DNA of 64,000 bases from Syntrophales bacterium (GTDB lineage: Bacteria; Desulfobacterota; Syntrophia; Syntrophales; UBA2210): the NCBI GenBank assembly GCA_963666365.2, contig CAXXNF010000002.1, positions 480,001-544,000 of the forward strand, in the 5' to 3' direction. The notes below the pieces were generated by a model, which saw only the letters and a program-made list of their open reading frames with translations, searched no databases and had not been told where the DNA came from. Below, in pieces: positions 36,520 through 47,104 of this stretch. Each line of letters starts with the position of its first letter. Positions within the stretch are counted from its first letter, which is position 1. The position numbers and the translations under genes were made by a program.

Positions 36520-37758
36520 ATGCAAAAACCGTCAACAAGTAACGATACACCGAAGATGACGTCCATGCCCGACGAAAGCGGTCATTTCGGTCCTCATGGC
36601 GGGCGCTACGTGGCGGAAACGCTTATGACGGCGCTCCTGGAGCTGGAAGGCGCCTACAGAAGGATCTCTCCCGAGCGCATGTTTCAAGAGGAACTGGAGG
36701 TACTGCTGGCCGACTATGCCGGCCGTCCCACTCCCCTCTACTATGCCCGTCGGTTAAGTGAACATCTTGGCGGCGCCCAAATCTACCTCAAGCGGGAAGA
36801 TCTGACCCACACGGGCGCTCACAAGATCAATAACACGCTGGGGCAGGCGCTGCTTGCCCGGTGGATGGGAAAAAAGAAGGTTATCGCTGAAACCGGCGCC
36901 GGTCAGCACGGGGTTGCCACCGCAACGGCGGCGGCGCTCTTCGGCATGGAGTGCATAATATTCATGGGCGTGGAGGATATTCGGCGACAAGCCCCCAATG
37001 TGCTTCGTATGAAACTGCTTGGCGCGGAGGTGATACCCGTTGAGTCCGGCGCCGGAACCCTGAAGGATGCCATGAACGAGGCCATGCGATACTGGGTGGG
37101 CGCAGTGGAAGACACCCACTATGTAATTGGTTCGGTTGCCGGGCCTCATCCCTATCCCATGATGGTACGGGATTTTCAAAAAATCATCGGGGAAGAAGTA
37201 AAAGACCAGATGCGGAATTCCCACGGCCGGTTTCCTGACGTGCTTGTGGCCTGCGTGGGCGGAGGGAGCAATGCAATGGGGCTGTTCCATCCCTTTCTGG
37301 AAACGTCGGCAACGCTGGTGGGGGTGGAGGCGGCGGGAAAGGGCATCGCCTCGGGCAAACACGCGGCGACTCTCGGCGAGGGTTCCCTGGGGGTGCTCCA
37401 CGGCTCAAAGTCCTATGTGCTTCAGGACGAAAGCGGGCAAATCAAGGAAGCTCACTCTATTTCCGCGGGACTTGATTACCCCGGTGTCGGTCCTGAGCAC
37501 TCGTTCTTGAAAGACGCCGGCAGAGCACACTATGTCTCGGTGGATGATGACGAGGCGATGGAGGCCTTTCATATGCTGTGCCGTCTGGAGGGAATCATTC
37601 CGGCATTGGAGAGTTCCCATGCCGTTGCCTATTGTCTCAAGAATGCACCGCACATGTCAAAGGATACGGTGGTGGTGGTGAATCTGTCCGGAAGGGGCGA
37701 TAAAGACCTGGGCATTGTATCGGAGTATGAACGAAGGAAAGGGGAGGTGAGCCGATGA
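36520..37758 (+). CDS. trpB: Tryptophan synthase beta chain (TrpB1 type)
   Basis: [58 protein letters not shown]. Confidence 0.97.
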   Translation: MQKPSTSNDTPKMTSMPDESGHFGPHGGRYVAETLMTALLELEGAYRRISPERMFQEELEVLLADYAGRPTPLYYARRLSEHLGGAQIYLKREDLTHTGAHKINNTLGQALLARWMGKKKVIAETGAGQHGVATATAAALFGMECIIFMGVEDIRRQAPNVLRMKLLGAEVIPVESGAGTLKDAMNEAMRYWVGAVEDTHYVIGSVAGPHPYPMMVRDFQKIIGEEVKDQMRNSHGRFPDVLVACVGGGSNAMGLFHPFLETSATLVGVEAAGKGIASGKHAATLGEGSLGVLHGSKSYVLQDESGQIKEAHSISAGLDYPGVGPEHSFLKDAGRAHYVSVDDDEAMEAFHMLCRLEGIIPALESSHAVAYCLKNAPHMSKDTVVVVNLSGRGDKDLGIVSEYERRKGEVSR

Positions 37759-38594
37759 GCAGACTGGATCTCCGATTTGCCGATCTGAAAAAACGAAGTG
37801 AAAAGGCGCTTGTGGGATTTGTTGCGACAGGAGATCCCACATTGCCTGTTTCACTTGAACTTATCACGGCCATGTGCCATGCCGGTCTCGATGTGCTGGA
37901 ACTGGGCGTTCCCTTTTCCGATCCCACAGCCGATGGTCCCGTGATACAGCGTGCCGCGGCGCGGGCCCTGAGGGCAGGTGCGAGCCTTGCAAAAGCGATT
38001 GAAATGACAAAAACCTTGCGGGGAAGAACCGATATACCCATTATCCTTTTCAGCTATTACAATCCCATCTTTGCCTACGGACATGAATCATTTTACCGTG
38101 ATGCCCGCAATGCCGGGGCCGATGGCGTACTTGTCGTGGATCTGCCCCACGAAGAGTCGAGGGAACTGACGAAATGCTGGGAGAGAAACGACGATTTTGC
38201 ATTGATCCGGCTTGTGGCGCCTACCACGCCGGATGAAAGAATGAAAACGATCACGGAGAATGCATCGGGATTTCTCTACCTGGTTTCGAAGACAGGGGTG
38301 ACCGGAGGCGCCGGTGTGGATAGGGACAGCGTGAGGACCAAGGTAACGACGCTGCGCGCCCTTACGGACCTGCCCATATGTGTGGGATTCGGCATCTCCG
38401 GTCCCGAAGATGCAAGAATGCTGGCCCCCCACGCCGACGGAATCGTGGTGGGTAGTGCCTTCGAAAGGGCCATAGAGGATAATATGGATGATCCGGAGCT
38501 TGTCGCAGGGCTGGAGAGACAGGTGAACGAATTGAAGCAGGCGCTGAAACCGCTTGGCGAACATAACAATAATAAAAAGGAGGAAACCCCATGA
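37755..38594 (+). CDS. trpA: Tryptophan synthase alpha chain
   Basis: [46 protein letters not shown]. Confidence 0.96.
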   Translation: MSRLDLRFADLKKRSEKALVGFVATGDPTLPVSLELITAMCHAGLDVLELGVPFSDPTADGPVIQRAAARALRAGASLAKAIEMTKTLRGRTDIPIILFSYYNPIFAYGHESFYRDARNAGADGVLVVDLPHEESRELTKCWERNDDFALIRLVAPTTPDERMKTITENASGFLYLVSKTGVTGGAGVDRDSVRTKVTTLRALTDLPICVGFGISGPEDARMLAPHADGIVVGSAFERAIEDNMDDPELVAGLERQVNELKQALKPLGEHNNNKKEETP

Positions 38595-39937
38595 TTACAG
38601 CACTGGTGCTTTTTAAGGCGGAAAAGGGAAAAATCCAGAAGCTGGCCATGCAACTGGGTGCCATCGAAGAGGTGGTGGAAGTACTGTCCATTACCGGAGA
38701 ATATGATCTGATGGCAAAGATTCAGGTGCGGGAATATGAGCATCTGTCCGACATTGTGACGGATAAGATGCAGAATACGGAAGGCGTTACGGGGACAAGG
38801 ACGATGATGGCCTTCAAGACGTACAAGTTTCATGAACTGGGTGAAGGCGCGCCCGCGGCAATGATGGTTTCATCAGCCGAAGAGGAAGCGGTCGCACTGC
38901 TGGAGAACGGGAAGAGCACGATCAAGCCGGTCCTTTCAAAGCTGACCGAAAACTTTGATCTGGAGAAGAGCGAAATCTACAGCGTCATCGATGCGATTCA
39001 CGAAGGACAGCTGTCGGAGGTGCAGATTGCCGGGTTTCTGGTGGGACTTCTCAGCAAGGGTCCGAGCATCAAGGAGGTGGCCTATATCGCTCAGGCAATG
39101 CGAAAAAACTGCATTCCCATGCATGTCTCCGTAGGGTCGGAACTCACTGATACATGCGGTACCGGCGGTGGGTTAACCACCTTCAATGTCAGTACGGCAA
39201 ACGCAATCCTGACCGCATCGGCCGGTGTGCCCGTGGCCAAACACGGCAGCAGATCCATATCATCCCCATCGGGGAGCGCCGATGTTCTTGAAGCGCTGGG
39301 CGTCAAAATTGATCTGCAGCCCGAAGAGGCATCCCGGCTGATCGAGGACATAGGAATCAGCTTCATCTATGCGCCGAACTTTCATCCTGTCATGCTCAAG
39401 GTGTTCGGTCCGGAGAATCAGCTGGGCATAAAAACGATATTTTTTACCATCATCGGGCCTCTCATCAATCCGACAGGCGCCCGCAACCATATGATCGGCG
39501 TGTACAAGCCCGAACTGGTCAACATGATGGCAAGCGTAGTGGCAGAGATGGATTTTAATCATGTCATTGTTGCCCACGGGCTTGACGGGCTGGATGAAAT
39601 ATCATTGATCGGAAAGACCTCGCTTGCGGAAATCAGGGGCAGGGAAATCAAATACTTCGAAGTCGCCCCGGAGGATTTCGGTTTCACACGCTGTACCCTG
39701 AAAGATATCGCAGGAGGAACTCCCGATTTCAACGCGAAGGTTATCAGGGATATCTTCTCCGGTCGAGAGCAGGGTCCACGGAGGGATTTCCTGCTCCTTA
39801 ACAATGCAGCCACGCTCTATGTAAGCGGCAAGGCATCGAGCATCCAGGATGGAGTGGCGCTTTCCCGGTCTCTCATCGATTCCGGGGCGGGCGCCCGCAA
39901 ACTGGAAGAACTTGTGGAAAAATCGAATGCCCTTTGA
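38591..39937 (+). CDS. trpD: Anthranilate phosphoribosyltransferase with N-terminal Lrp/AsnC ligand-binding (RAM) domain
   Basis: Residues 1 to about 77: EVLSITGEYDLMAKI...GVTGTRT (RAM signature). From about residue 110: DTCGTGG, FNVST, KHGSRS, GSADVLEALG, GPLINP, GLDEIS. Confidence 0.9.
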   Translation: MITALVLFKAEKGKIQKLAMQLGAIEEVVEVLSITGEYDLMAKIQVREYEHLSDIVTDKMQNTEGVTGTRTMMAFKTYKFHELGEGAPAAMMVSSAEEEAVALLENGKSTIKPVLSKLTENFDLEKSEIYSVIDAIHEGQLSEVQIAGFLVGLLSKGPSIKEVAYIAQAMRKNCIPMHVSVGSELTDTCGTGGGLTTFNVSTANAILTASAGVPVAKHGSRSISSPSGSADVLEALGVKIDLQPEEASRLIEDIGISFIYAPNFHPVMLKVFGPENQLGIKTIFFTIIGPLINPTGARNHMIGVYKPELVNMMASVVAEMDFNHVIVAHGLDGLDEISLIGKTSLAEIRGREIKYFEVAPEDFGFTRCTLKDIAGGTPDFNAKVIRDIFSGREQGPRRDFLLLNNAATLYVSGKASSIQDGVALSRSLIDSGAGARKLEELVEKSNAL

Positions 39938-39949
39938 TAGTGTGCTGTC

Positions 39950-40687
39950 ATGAATAGCAATGCAAACACCGCGCAAGGGGAAAAAAAATCAACGCTTGCC
40001 TCGTTCATACGCACTCGGCAGCGAGAGGGTCTGTTCCCCGTAATATCTGAAGTGAAGGTGCGTTCCGAAAAGGAGGGCGATCTTCTGCGCGGGCGCGATC
40101 CGGTCGCGCTCGCCTGTGAAATGGGCCGGTCAACCATCGCGGGAATAAGCGTCGTGACGGAACCGGATCATTTCGGCGGAGACTTGAACCTTTTGCGCGA
40201 GATCGCCGCGGCGGTAGATTTGCCCGTGCTGCATAAAGATTTCATTACGTCGGAGCGTCAAATCGAGGAATCAGCCGCAGCAGGCGCCTCGGCCATACTA
40301 CTGATCACCGCCATGGTCGATGCAACCCAAATGGCGCGTCTGATTGCATATGCCCGACAGTGCGGGCTTGAAACCCTTGTGGAAGCACACAACATGGAAG
40401 AGGTGAAAATGATAACGTCTCTTCCTTTTGACCTTATGGGAATCAACAACCGCGATATTACCGTTTTCGAAGTGGACGACAACGACGTGGGAAGGACGGA
40501 GGCGCTCGCCCGTTTCTGTAAAAGCAGTCGGCCGCTGATCAGCGAAAGCTCGATCAGTTCTCACAGTGACGTACGGCGCGCGGGCAGAAGCGGCGCCGAT
40601 GCCGTGCTGGTCGGCACGGCGGTGCTGAAAGCGCCCTCAATTTCAGGGTTTTTACGGGAACTGATATCGGTGGGATGGCCGCCATGA
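39950..40687 (+). CDS. trpC: Indole-3-glycerol phosphate synthase
   Basis: ISEVK, ISVVTEPDHFGG, PVLHKDFI, LVEAH, GINNRD, ISESSI, DAVLVG. Confidence 0.9.
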   Translation: MNSNANTAQGEKKSTLASFIRTRQREGLFPVISEVKVRSEKEGDLLRGRDPVALACEMGRSTIAGISVVTEPDHFGGDLNLLREIAAAVDLPVLHKDFITSERQIEESAAAGASAILLITAMVDATQMARLIAYARQCGLETLVEAHNMEEVKMITSLPFDLMGINNRDITVFEVDDNDVGRTEALARFCKSSRPLISESSISSHSDVRRAGRSGADAVLVGTAVLKAPSISGFLRELISVGWPP

Positions 40688-41373
40688 CGCGGATTAAAGT
40701 ATGCGGGATTACCACAGAAGAAGACATCTGCCTCTGCGTTGCGGCGGGTGTCGATGCCCTGGGCTTTGTGGTGGAGTACCCGATTGACGTGCCATGGAAT
40801 CTGGACAGACAACAGGCCAGAATACTGATGCAACAGGTGCCTCCATTTGTGTCGAGGGTAATCGTGGTCGGCGACGATCCACAGACCATCATTACACTGG
40901 CGGACCTGTTGAGGCCTCACGCTGTCCAATTGCATGGTAAGGAATCACTCTCCCTCACGGCGAAACTTGTGACCGCGCTTCATGCGCGTCGCATTTCGGT
41001 GGTAAAGGCACTGCGTATTTCCATCGAGACGGGGAAATGCACAAACGCAGGAGAAAATCCCCTCGATGCCGCAGGGCTTATTGAAGATGCCGGTGTCGAT
41101 GCTTTGCTTCTGGACTCGGTGACTGAAGGACGCCCGGCGGGAACAGGCCGTACTATAGATTGGGGTATTGCACGTTATATCAGAAAAATGGTGAAGCTTC
41201 CCCTTATACTTGCGGGCGGCTTGCAGGCAGAAAACGTCGGCGAAGCCATTGCAACCGTCCATCCCTTCGCTGTCGATGTGATCAGTGGCGTCGAAAATCC
41301 TGTGGGAAGAAAAGATTCCGAAAAGATACAGGCGTTTATCACCGCAGTAACCACAGCTACGAGCCAGAGGTAG
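40684..41373 (+). CDS. trpF: Phosphoribosylanthranilate isomerase
   Basis: RIKVCGIT, DALGFV, VQLHG, LLLDS, GTGRTIDW, LAGGL, VDVISGVE. ATGA overlap with trpC. Confidence 0.92.
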   Translation: MTRIKVCGITTEEDICLCVAAGVDALGFVVEYPIDVPWNLDRQQARILMQQVPPFVSRVIVVGDDPQTIITLADLLRPHAVQLHGKESLSLTAKLVTALHARRISVVKALRISIETGKCTNAGENPLDAAGLIEDAGVDALLLDSVTEGRPAGTGRTIDWGIARYIRKMVKLPLILAGGLQAENVGEAIATVHPFAVDVISGVENPVGRKDSEKIQAFITAVTTATSQR

Positions 41374-41478
41374 AATCAGTGGCACCCGGGGGGGGGGTAA
41401 TGAATGTTTCATGATTTCGGAATATGAACATTCTTGTTTTTTCTCGTCTCTCCCTTTGACGATTTGTTCAATGCATTG

Positions 41479-41507
41479 TTGACTTACCATGTTTGTTTTA
41501 CCATACT
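41479..41507 (+). promoter_or_regulatory. Sigma70-type promoter of the histidine kinase gene
   Basis: TTGACT (41479-84), 17-nt spacer, CATACT (41502-07). Confidence 0.55.
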
Positions 41508-41585
41508 CATATGTTCAAGTATGCTTCATGGAGATTTATTCAAAATCTTACCATTAAGTATGTAATTAAAAGTGGAGGATATCGA

Positions 41586-43868
41586 ATGCCGATAGCAACA
41601 GACAGACTGCGGATGTTACTCATCAACACATTTATATTTCTCATAGCGTTTGTGTGGGCTGATGAACTGATCGATATGCCCCGTGTTACTTCCGGCGGTC
41701 AGCCAACACCCATAAATTGGGTTGAAGCACTAATCGAGACGGTGGTGATTGCAGCGGTGGGCTTTCTTACGGTAACACGATTTTTTTCAAAGCAAGAAGC
41801 AAAGAGCCCGCGCGGATTAGCGAGGGAAGAACGGTATACCTGGATCACGGTGTCATGTTCGTTTCTGGGGTTGTGTTGTATGGTATGGCTAAATGAAATT
41901 ATAGACGTGCCCTATCTTCTACTGCAGGGCGAAAAAACTCCCCTCAACTGGTCGGAAGCCGCTGTTGAAACATTTCTTATTATTATCGTCGGTGGCATAG
42001 CACTCTCGATTCTGATGCGCAAGATACGTGAACGAGACAAAGCACAGAATCTTTTTTTCAAAAGCTTTTACTTCAATCCTGTCGGGGCAGCAATTACATC
42101 ACTAAACAATAACACAATAATTCATGTAAACGAGGCATTTTCTGCCACGACCGGTTACAGGCCGCAACAGATTGTCGGAAAATCTATGGAAGAGCTTAAC
42201 ATGTGGGCTTTTCAGGAAGAACGCAATGAGGTGATTACTGCGCTTCATAAAGAAGGCTCTGTGCGCAATGTGGAAGTAAGCATCCGAGATATCGAAGGAA
42301 ATTACAAGACCGTTTTGTATTCGGCAGACATCATTGATTATGTAGGTGAACAGCATGTGCTTTCCGCGGCCATTGACATAACAGACCGAAAACGTACACA
42401 GGATCTGCTCATAAAAACCGAGACCAAATACAGGGATATGTTTATGCACTCGATACAGGGCATTGCGGTTTATAGTGAAACAGAGGACGGCGACGATTTT
42501 GTTATAATGGACATCAACAAAGCGGGCGAACGAATAGATAGAATCAAGAAGGCAGACGTCATGGGAAAGACAGTTTCTGAAATATTTCCAGGTATTCGTG
42601 AATTCGGCCTGCTTGACGGGTTGAAGCGAGTATGGAAATCTGGTGAAGCTGAGCACCTGCCCACATCGTATTATAACGATGGAAGGATCGAGGGTTGGCG
42701 GGATAATTATTTATATAAGCTCGCTTCAGGCGAGATTGTGGCACTCTACAGCGACGAAACGGCGCGTAAAAATGCCGAAAAGGAACTTTCCAAGCGTCAA
42801 CGGGAACTTCTGATAAGCGAGGAAAAGTTTTCCAAGGCCTTTCACGCAAGCTCTGATCTTATCACAATTTCGACACTAAAGAACGGAGTCTTTATAGATG
42901 TCAACGATATGTTTCTGAAAACTCTCAGCTATTCGCTGAAAGAGGTTATCGGACACTCCGCGATAGATCTTGGCATGTGGGGAAACAGAGAAAAGCGGGA
43001 TCTGATGACCGATATTGTGCTTAAACAGGGGAAAATACGTAATTACGAAGTAAATCTTCACACCAAAGACGGGAATGAGCGGACAATGCTGGTGTCCGCC
43101 GACAGGTTTGTGTTTCAGGGCGAAGACTGCATGCTTATGATAAGCCGTGACATCACCGATCGAAAACGTATGGAGGAGCAGATTAGGCTCTCCGAAAAAC
43201 AACTTCGTGATCTATACAAAAACCTTCAGGAAACAAGAGAAACTGAGCGAACTCGTATTTCCCGTGAAATTCATGACGACCTCGGTCAAGAGCTTACCGT
43301 ACTGAAACTGGAAATGCAACAATTGGCGCATACATTACCCGAGGGTGATGATGTTTTTAAGAAAAAGACCGCGGTAATTATAGATCACATAGACTTGGCC
43401 ATAGACTCCATGAGAAGAATTTCAATGGACCTGAGGCCCGCCCTGCTGGATCAGCTTGGCCTGATTGCGGCAATTGAATGGCAAGCCGAAGATTTTCAGA
43501 AGAGGGCGGGTGTTCCCTGTCTCCTGACTATTGATCCCGGGATTACGATAATCAACACAAAACTATCTACCACCCTGTTTCGTATTTTTCAGGAAACGTT
43601 AACGAATATAACCCGTTATGCTTCGGCTTCGAAGGTGAATGCTGCATTGCGAAAGCTGCCGGATGCGCTCGAGCTGACCGTTTCAGATGATGGAAAGGGG
43701 ATTACAGAGGCAGAGATTGAAAATCCTAAGTCCTTCGGCATAATCGGCATGAAAGAACGAGTATCAGACTGGGGTGGAACAATCGAGATATCGGGAAAAA
43801 GAGGGAGGGGTACCACGGTACGGGTGTCGATTCCTTTCTCCGCCAATGATATAAGGGAGACTGATTAA
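41586..43868 (+). CDS. Membrane-bound multi-PAS sensor histidine kinase (HisKA_3 / NarX-UhpB type)
   Basis: Four N-terminal TM helices and three PAS units. ERTRISREIHDDLGQEL H-box, FRIFQETLTNI, VSDDGKG, GIIGMKER. GGAGG RBS. Confidence 0.9.
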   Translation: MPIATDRLRMLLINTFIFLIAFVWADELIDMPRVTSGGQPTPINWVEALIETVVIAAVGFLTVTRFFSKQEAKSPRGLAREERYTWITVSCSFLGLCCMVWLNEIIDVPYLLLQGEKTPLNWSEAAVETFLIIIVGGIALSILMRKIRERDKAQNLFFKSFYFNPVGAAITSLNNNTIIHVNEAFSATTGYRPQQIVGKSMEELNMWAFQEERNEVITALHKEGSVRNVEVSIRDIEGNYKTVLYSADIIDYVGEQHVLSAAIDITDRKRTQDLLIKTETKYRDMFMHSIQGIAVYSETEDGDDFVIMDINKAGERIDRIKKADVMGKTVSEIFPGIREFGLLDGLKRVWKSGEAEHLPTSYYNDGRIEGWRDNYLYKLASGEIVALYSDETARKNAEKELSKRQRELLISEEKFSKAFHASSDLITISTLKNGVFIDVNDMFLKTLSYSLKEVIGHSAIDLGMWGNREKRDLMTDIVLKQGKIRNYEVNLHTKDGNERTMLVSADRFVFQGEDCMLMISRDITDRKRMEEQIRLSEKQLRDLYKNLQETRETERTRISREIHDDLGQELTVLKLEMQQLAHTLPEGDDVFKKKTAVIIDHIDLAIDSMRRISMDLRPALLDQLGLIAAIEWQAEDFQKRAGVPCLLTIDPGITIINTKLSTTLFRIFQETLTNITRYASASKVNAALRKLPDALELTVSDDGKGITEAEIENPKSFGIIGMKERVSDWGGTIEISGKRGRGTTVRVSIPFSANDIRETD

Positions 43869-43953
43869 ACGCACCACATCAAATCATTACATATATAATG
43901 CGTCAATAAAGTACAACAGGCTCACAGCGATGAAAGAACTCTGAAAAGTTACA

Positions 43954-45918
43954 ATGGAAATAACCACGGACATCATTCTCTTAATCGTCGCAGCGTTTTT
44001 CAGCGGTCTTCTGATGCAGAAGCTCGGCCAGCCCTTGATACTCGGATATATGCTGGTGGGGTTTATTCTCGGTCCCCATACAGGGGGGGTCACGGTTTCA
44101 AGCATCCATGAAATAGAACTGCTGGCGGAAATCGGCGTTGCCCTGCTTTTATTCGCCCTGGGGCTCGAATTTTCCTTCAAGGATTTAAAAGAAGTCAAAA
44201 AGATCGCCCTGATCGGAACCCCTATTCAGATACTGCTGACTATAGGGCTTGGTCTGGGAATCGGACATTTCCTGGGCTGGGAATTGAGACAATCTCTCTG
44301 GTTCGGCGCGTTGATTTCTCTTTCCAGTACCATGGTAATTCTGAAAACACTGATGAACCAGGGCTGGATCGGCACACTGTCGAGCAAGGTGATGGTGGGG
44401 ATGCTGATTGTGCAGGATCTGGCGGTGGTTCCCATGATGATTATCCTCCCCCAGATACACACTGCTGAGATTGGTCTGTCCGCACTCGGGTATGCCGCGG
44501 TGAAGGCGGCGTTCTTTATCGCGGTAATGGTGCTCCTGGGTACAAAGCTTTTGCCTCGACTGATGACCCATATAGCCAAACTGGGCTCGCGGGAACTGTT
44601 TCTGCTTGCGATTACCGCCATCGGGCTCGGGATAGGCTATGTAACCTATCTGTTCGGTCTTTCCTTTGCCTTTGGCGCCTTTGTGGCGGGTATGGTGTTG
44701 AGTGAATCGGACTACGGCCACCAGGCCTTGAGCGATATTATTCCGGTCCGGGATCTTTTTGCATTGCTCTTTTTCGCCTCCGTAGGCATGTTGCTGGAAC
44801 CGGCCTTTCTCCTGCAGCATTGGAGTGAGGTGATCCTGCTTGTTGTTCTGGTAAGTGTGGGGAAGGGATGCATCTTTGCGGCACTCTCACGGCTCTTTGG
44901 CTACGGTAACGTGGTTCCTTTTGCCGTTGGGCTGGGACTGTTTCAAATCGGGGAATTTTCCTTTGTCCTTGCACAGGTGGGCCTGGTGACAGGCTCAATC
45001 AGTCACGACCTCTATTATTTTGTGCTCACCACCGCAGTGGTTACGATGGTGCTTACCCCGCTTGTCTCAGGCCGGACGGCACAGTTATATGCACTGAAAA
45101 AGCGCTGGTTCAAACACGAACCTCTTGAAACGAAAAATATTCCTGAAAAGGGTCTTCAAAATCACGTGGTCATTGCCGGCGGCGGCCGCGTGGGCTATCA
45201 GATCGCAGAGGTTCTCACGCGACTGGGACTCCAAAGCGTGATCGTCGAGATCGACCAGCGCAGATTGGAAAAGGCAAAAATAGGGGGAATACCTGTTGTC
45301 TATGGAGATGCAGGCCATGAGATTGTGCTTGAAGCGGCTGAAATTGCAGGCGCAAGTCTCCTTGTGGTGACCATGCCTTCGATTGTTGTGGCCCGATCGA
45401 TTATCAAACACGCAAAGCGCTGCAACAGCAGAATCGAGGTGGTCGCAAGGACATCGGATGCCGAATTTTTGCCTGTTTTTGCAGAGCTGAATGTGAGGGG
45501 CGTGGTCCTTCCTGAATTTGAAACCGGATTGGAGATGATTCGACAGGTGCTTCTGGATCTCGGCATACCGGCCCCGGAGATTCAGCAGTGCACGGAGACG
45601 ATGCGACAGGAGCTTTTCGGGCCCATGTTCAAACCGGTCAGCGGTTACCGTACATTGGGACAGTTCAGAACGGCGGAACAGCAATTCGATCTGCAGTGGG
45701 TATTGATTGAAGACGCCAGTCCGCTCATTGGGAAATCAATCGGGGAAACCGAGATCAGAAAAACTACGGGGGCTTCAGTTGTTGGAGTGATCAGGCATGA
45801 GGTGCTTGAGCCGAATCCGGCGACTCATTTCAGTTTTGGCGCGGATGATCTAGTTGCAATCATCGGTACCGACGAGGCGCGGGCAGCCTTTCGGCAGATG
45901 GCGGAGGTTCATGAATGA
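43954..45918 (+). CDS. CPA2 cation:proton antiporter (KefB/KefC/YbaL-like) with TrkA-N and TrkA-C domains
   Basis: [49 protein letters not shown], and C-terminal [21 protein letters not shown]. Confidence 0.9.
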   Translation: MEITTDIILLIVAAFFSGLLMQKLGQPLILGYMLVGFILGPHTGGVTVSSIHEIELLAEIGVALLLFALGLEFSFKDLKEVKKIALIGTPIQILLTIGLGLGIGHFLGWELRQSLWFGALISLSSTMVILKTLMNQGWIGTLSSKVMVGMLIVQDLAVVPMMIILPQIHTAEIGLSALGYAAVKAAFFIAVMVLLGTKLLPRLMTHIAKLGSRELFLLAITAIGLGIGYVTYLFGLSFAFGAFVAGMVLSESDYGHQALSDIIPVRDLFALLFFASVGMLLEPAFLLQHWSEVILLVVLVSVGKGCIFAALSRLFGYGNVVPFAVGLGLFQIGEFSFVLAQVGLVTGSISHDLYYFVLTTAVVTMVLTPLVSGRTAQLYALKKRWFKHEPLETKNIPEKGLQNHVVIAGGGRVGYQIAEVLTRLGLQSVIVEIDQRRLEKAKIGGIPVVYGDAGHEIVLEAAEIAGASLLVVTMPSIVVARSIIKHAKRCNSRIEVVARTSDAEFLPVFAELNVRGVVLPEFETGLEMIRQVLLDLGIPAPEIQQCTETMRQELFGPMFKPVSGYRTLGQFRTAEQQFDLQWVLIEDASPLIGKSIGETEIRKTTGASVVGVIRHEVLEPNPATHFSFGADDLVAIIGTDEARAAFRQMAEVHE

Positions 45919-46008
45919 AATATGGGCCGACTATGAAGACAACAGAGGGACACGGGGCGGCGCGGCAAATGTGTTACACTTCATGAAAGTATTGGAAGGA
46001 GAGCAGTT

Positions 46009-47070
46009 ATGGGAATTGCGGTGATATTCTTTCTGGCGCTGGGCGTTATTTTTGCGATCTCACTGCTTTATTTACTGGTTGTGGCGCTTGTTCCCGGAAT
46101 CAAGGCTCCGGCGGTGTCAGTGAAAAAAGAAAAAGGTACAGGGGGAGGGGAAAACGATTTGTCACAGATCAGCAGCAAAGCGCATGTATCCTTTGCCGTC
46201 AAAGACACAAAAATACATGGATGGCTTTTTCTTCCCCGGGATATGGCCGAGCCGGTTGCCTGCATTGTAATGGCCCACGGATTCGGCGGGACCAAGGATA
46301 TGGGGCTGGAATCCTACGCGATCCGGTTTCAGGAGGCCGGTTTTGCGGCACTTGTGTTCGATTATCGGTATTTCGGCGAAAGCGAGGGGGGCCCGCGTCA
46401 ATTGTTGTGGATACCCTTTCAGCTGGAGGATTGGTCTGCGGCGATTGAGTATGCGCGAAACCTCGAAGGAATCGATCCGAAGCGGATTGCCCTCTGGGGG
46501 ACTTCATTGAGCGGCGGACATGTAATCGTAAAAGCGGCACGGAACAGGGGGATTGCCTGTGTTGCCGCCCAGTGCCCCGGTATGGATGGTCGTGCATCGG
46601 CTGAACATATTTATAAAAATCAGGGAATTGTAAAATCTCTGTGCCTGATACTGCACGGGCAGCGTGATATGGTGCGGTCATGGCTGCACCTTTCGCCCCA
46701 TACCATACCGATTGTGGGAAAGAAAGGCGATATCGCCTGCTTAACGACACCGGGCGCCTATGAGGGGTTCGGAAAACTGGCGCCGGACAACTTTATAAAC
46801 GAAGTCTGCGCCCGCATTGTGCTGCGGGCGGATAAATATCGTCCGGTTGCGGAAGCGCACAACGTGCGCTGTCCAGTGTTGTTGCAGATATGCGACCGCG
46901 ACGAGATTACCCCGCAAAGTGCTGCAGAACAGACAGTCGAACAGCTGGGGTCATGCGCCGATGTCAGACACTATCCGATTGGTCATTTTGATATCTATGA
47001 GGGGGAGCATTTTGAGATAAGCCTCAGCGATCAACTGGCGTTTTTCCGGCGGCATCTGGGCAAGATCTGA
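46009..47070 (+). CDS. Membrane-anchored alpha/beta hydrolase (S15/CocE-like)
   Basis: N-terminal TM helix, MAHGFGG, FDYRYFGESEG, WGTSLSGG nucleophile elbow, D and GHFDIY. Confidence 0.85.
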   Translation: MGIAVIFFLALGVIFAISLLYLLVVALVPGIKAPAVSVKKEKGTGGGENDLSQISSKAHVSFAVKDTKIHGWLFLPRDMAEPVACIVMAHGFGGTKDMGLESYAIRFQEAGFAALVFDYRYFGESEGGPRQLLWIPFQLEDWSAAIEYARNLEGIDPKRIALWGTSLSGGHVIVKAARNRGIACVAAQCPGMDGRASAEHIYKNQGIVKSLCLILHGQRDMVRSWLHLSPHTIPIVGKKGDIACLTTPGAYEGFGKLAPDNFINEVCARIVLRADKYRPVAEAHNVRCPVLLQICDRDEITPQSAAEQTVEQLGSCADVRHYPIGHFDIYEGEHFEISLSDQLAFFRRHLGKI

Positions 47071-47104
47071 TTTATCGGACGGGATATCAGATGAGCGATA
47101 TCCC

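Noticed and set aside
35989..36566. 127-, 131- and 81-aa minus-strand ORFs between glnA and trpB
   Set aside because: They run antisense through the trp promoter, leader and terminators, which explain the region better.
41388..41397. G10 homopolymer as a phase-variation switch
   Set aside because: Intergenic, outside any CDS and about 80 nt upstream of the predicted promoter; no evident functional consequence.
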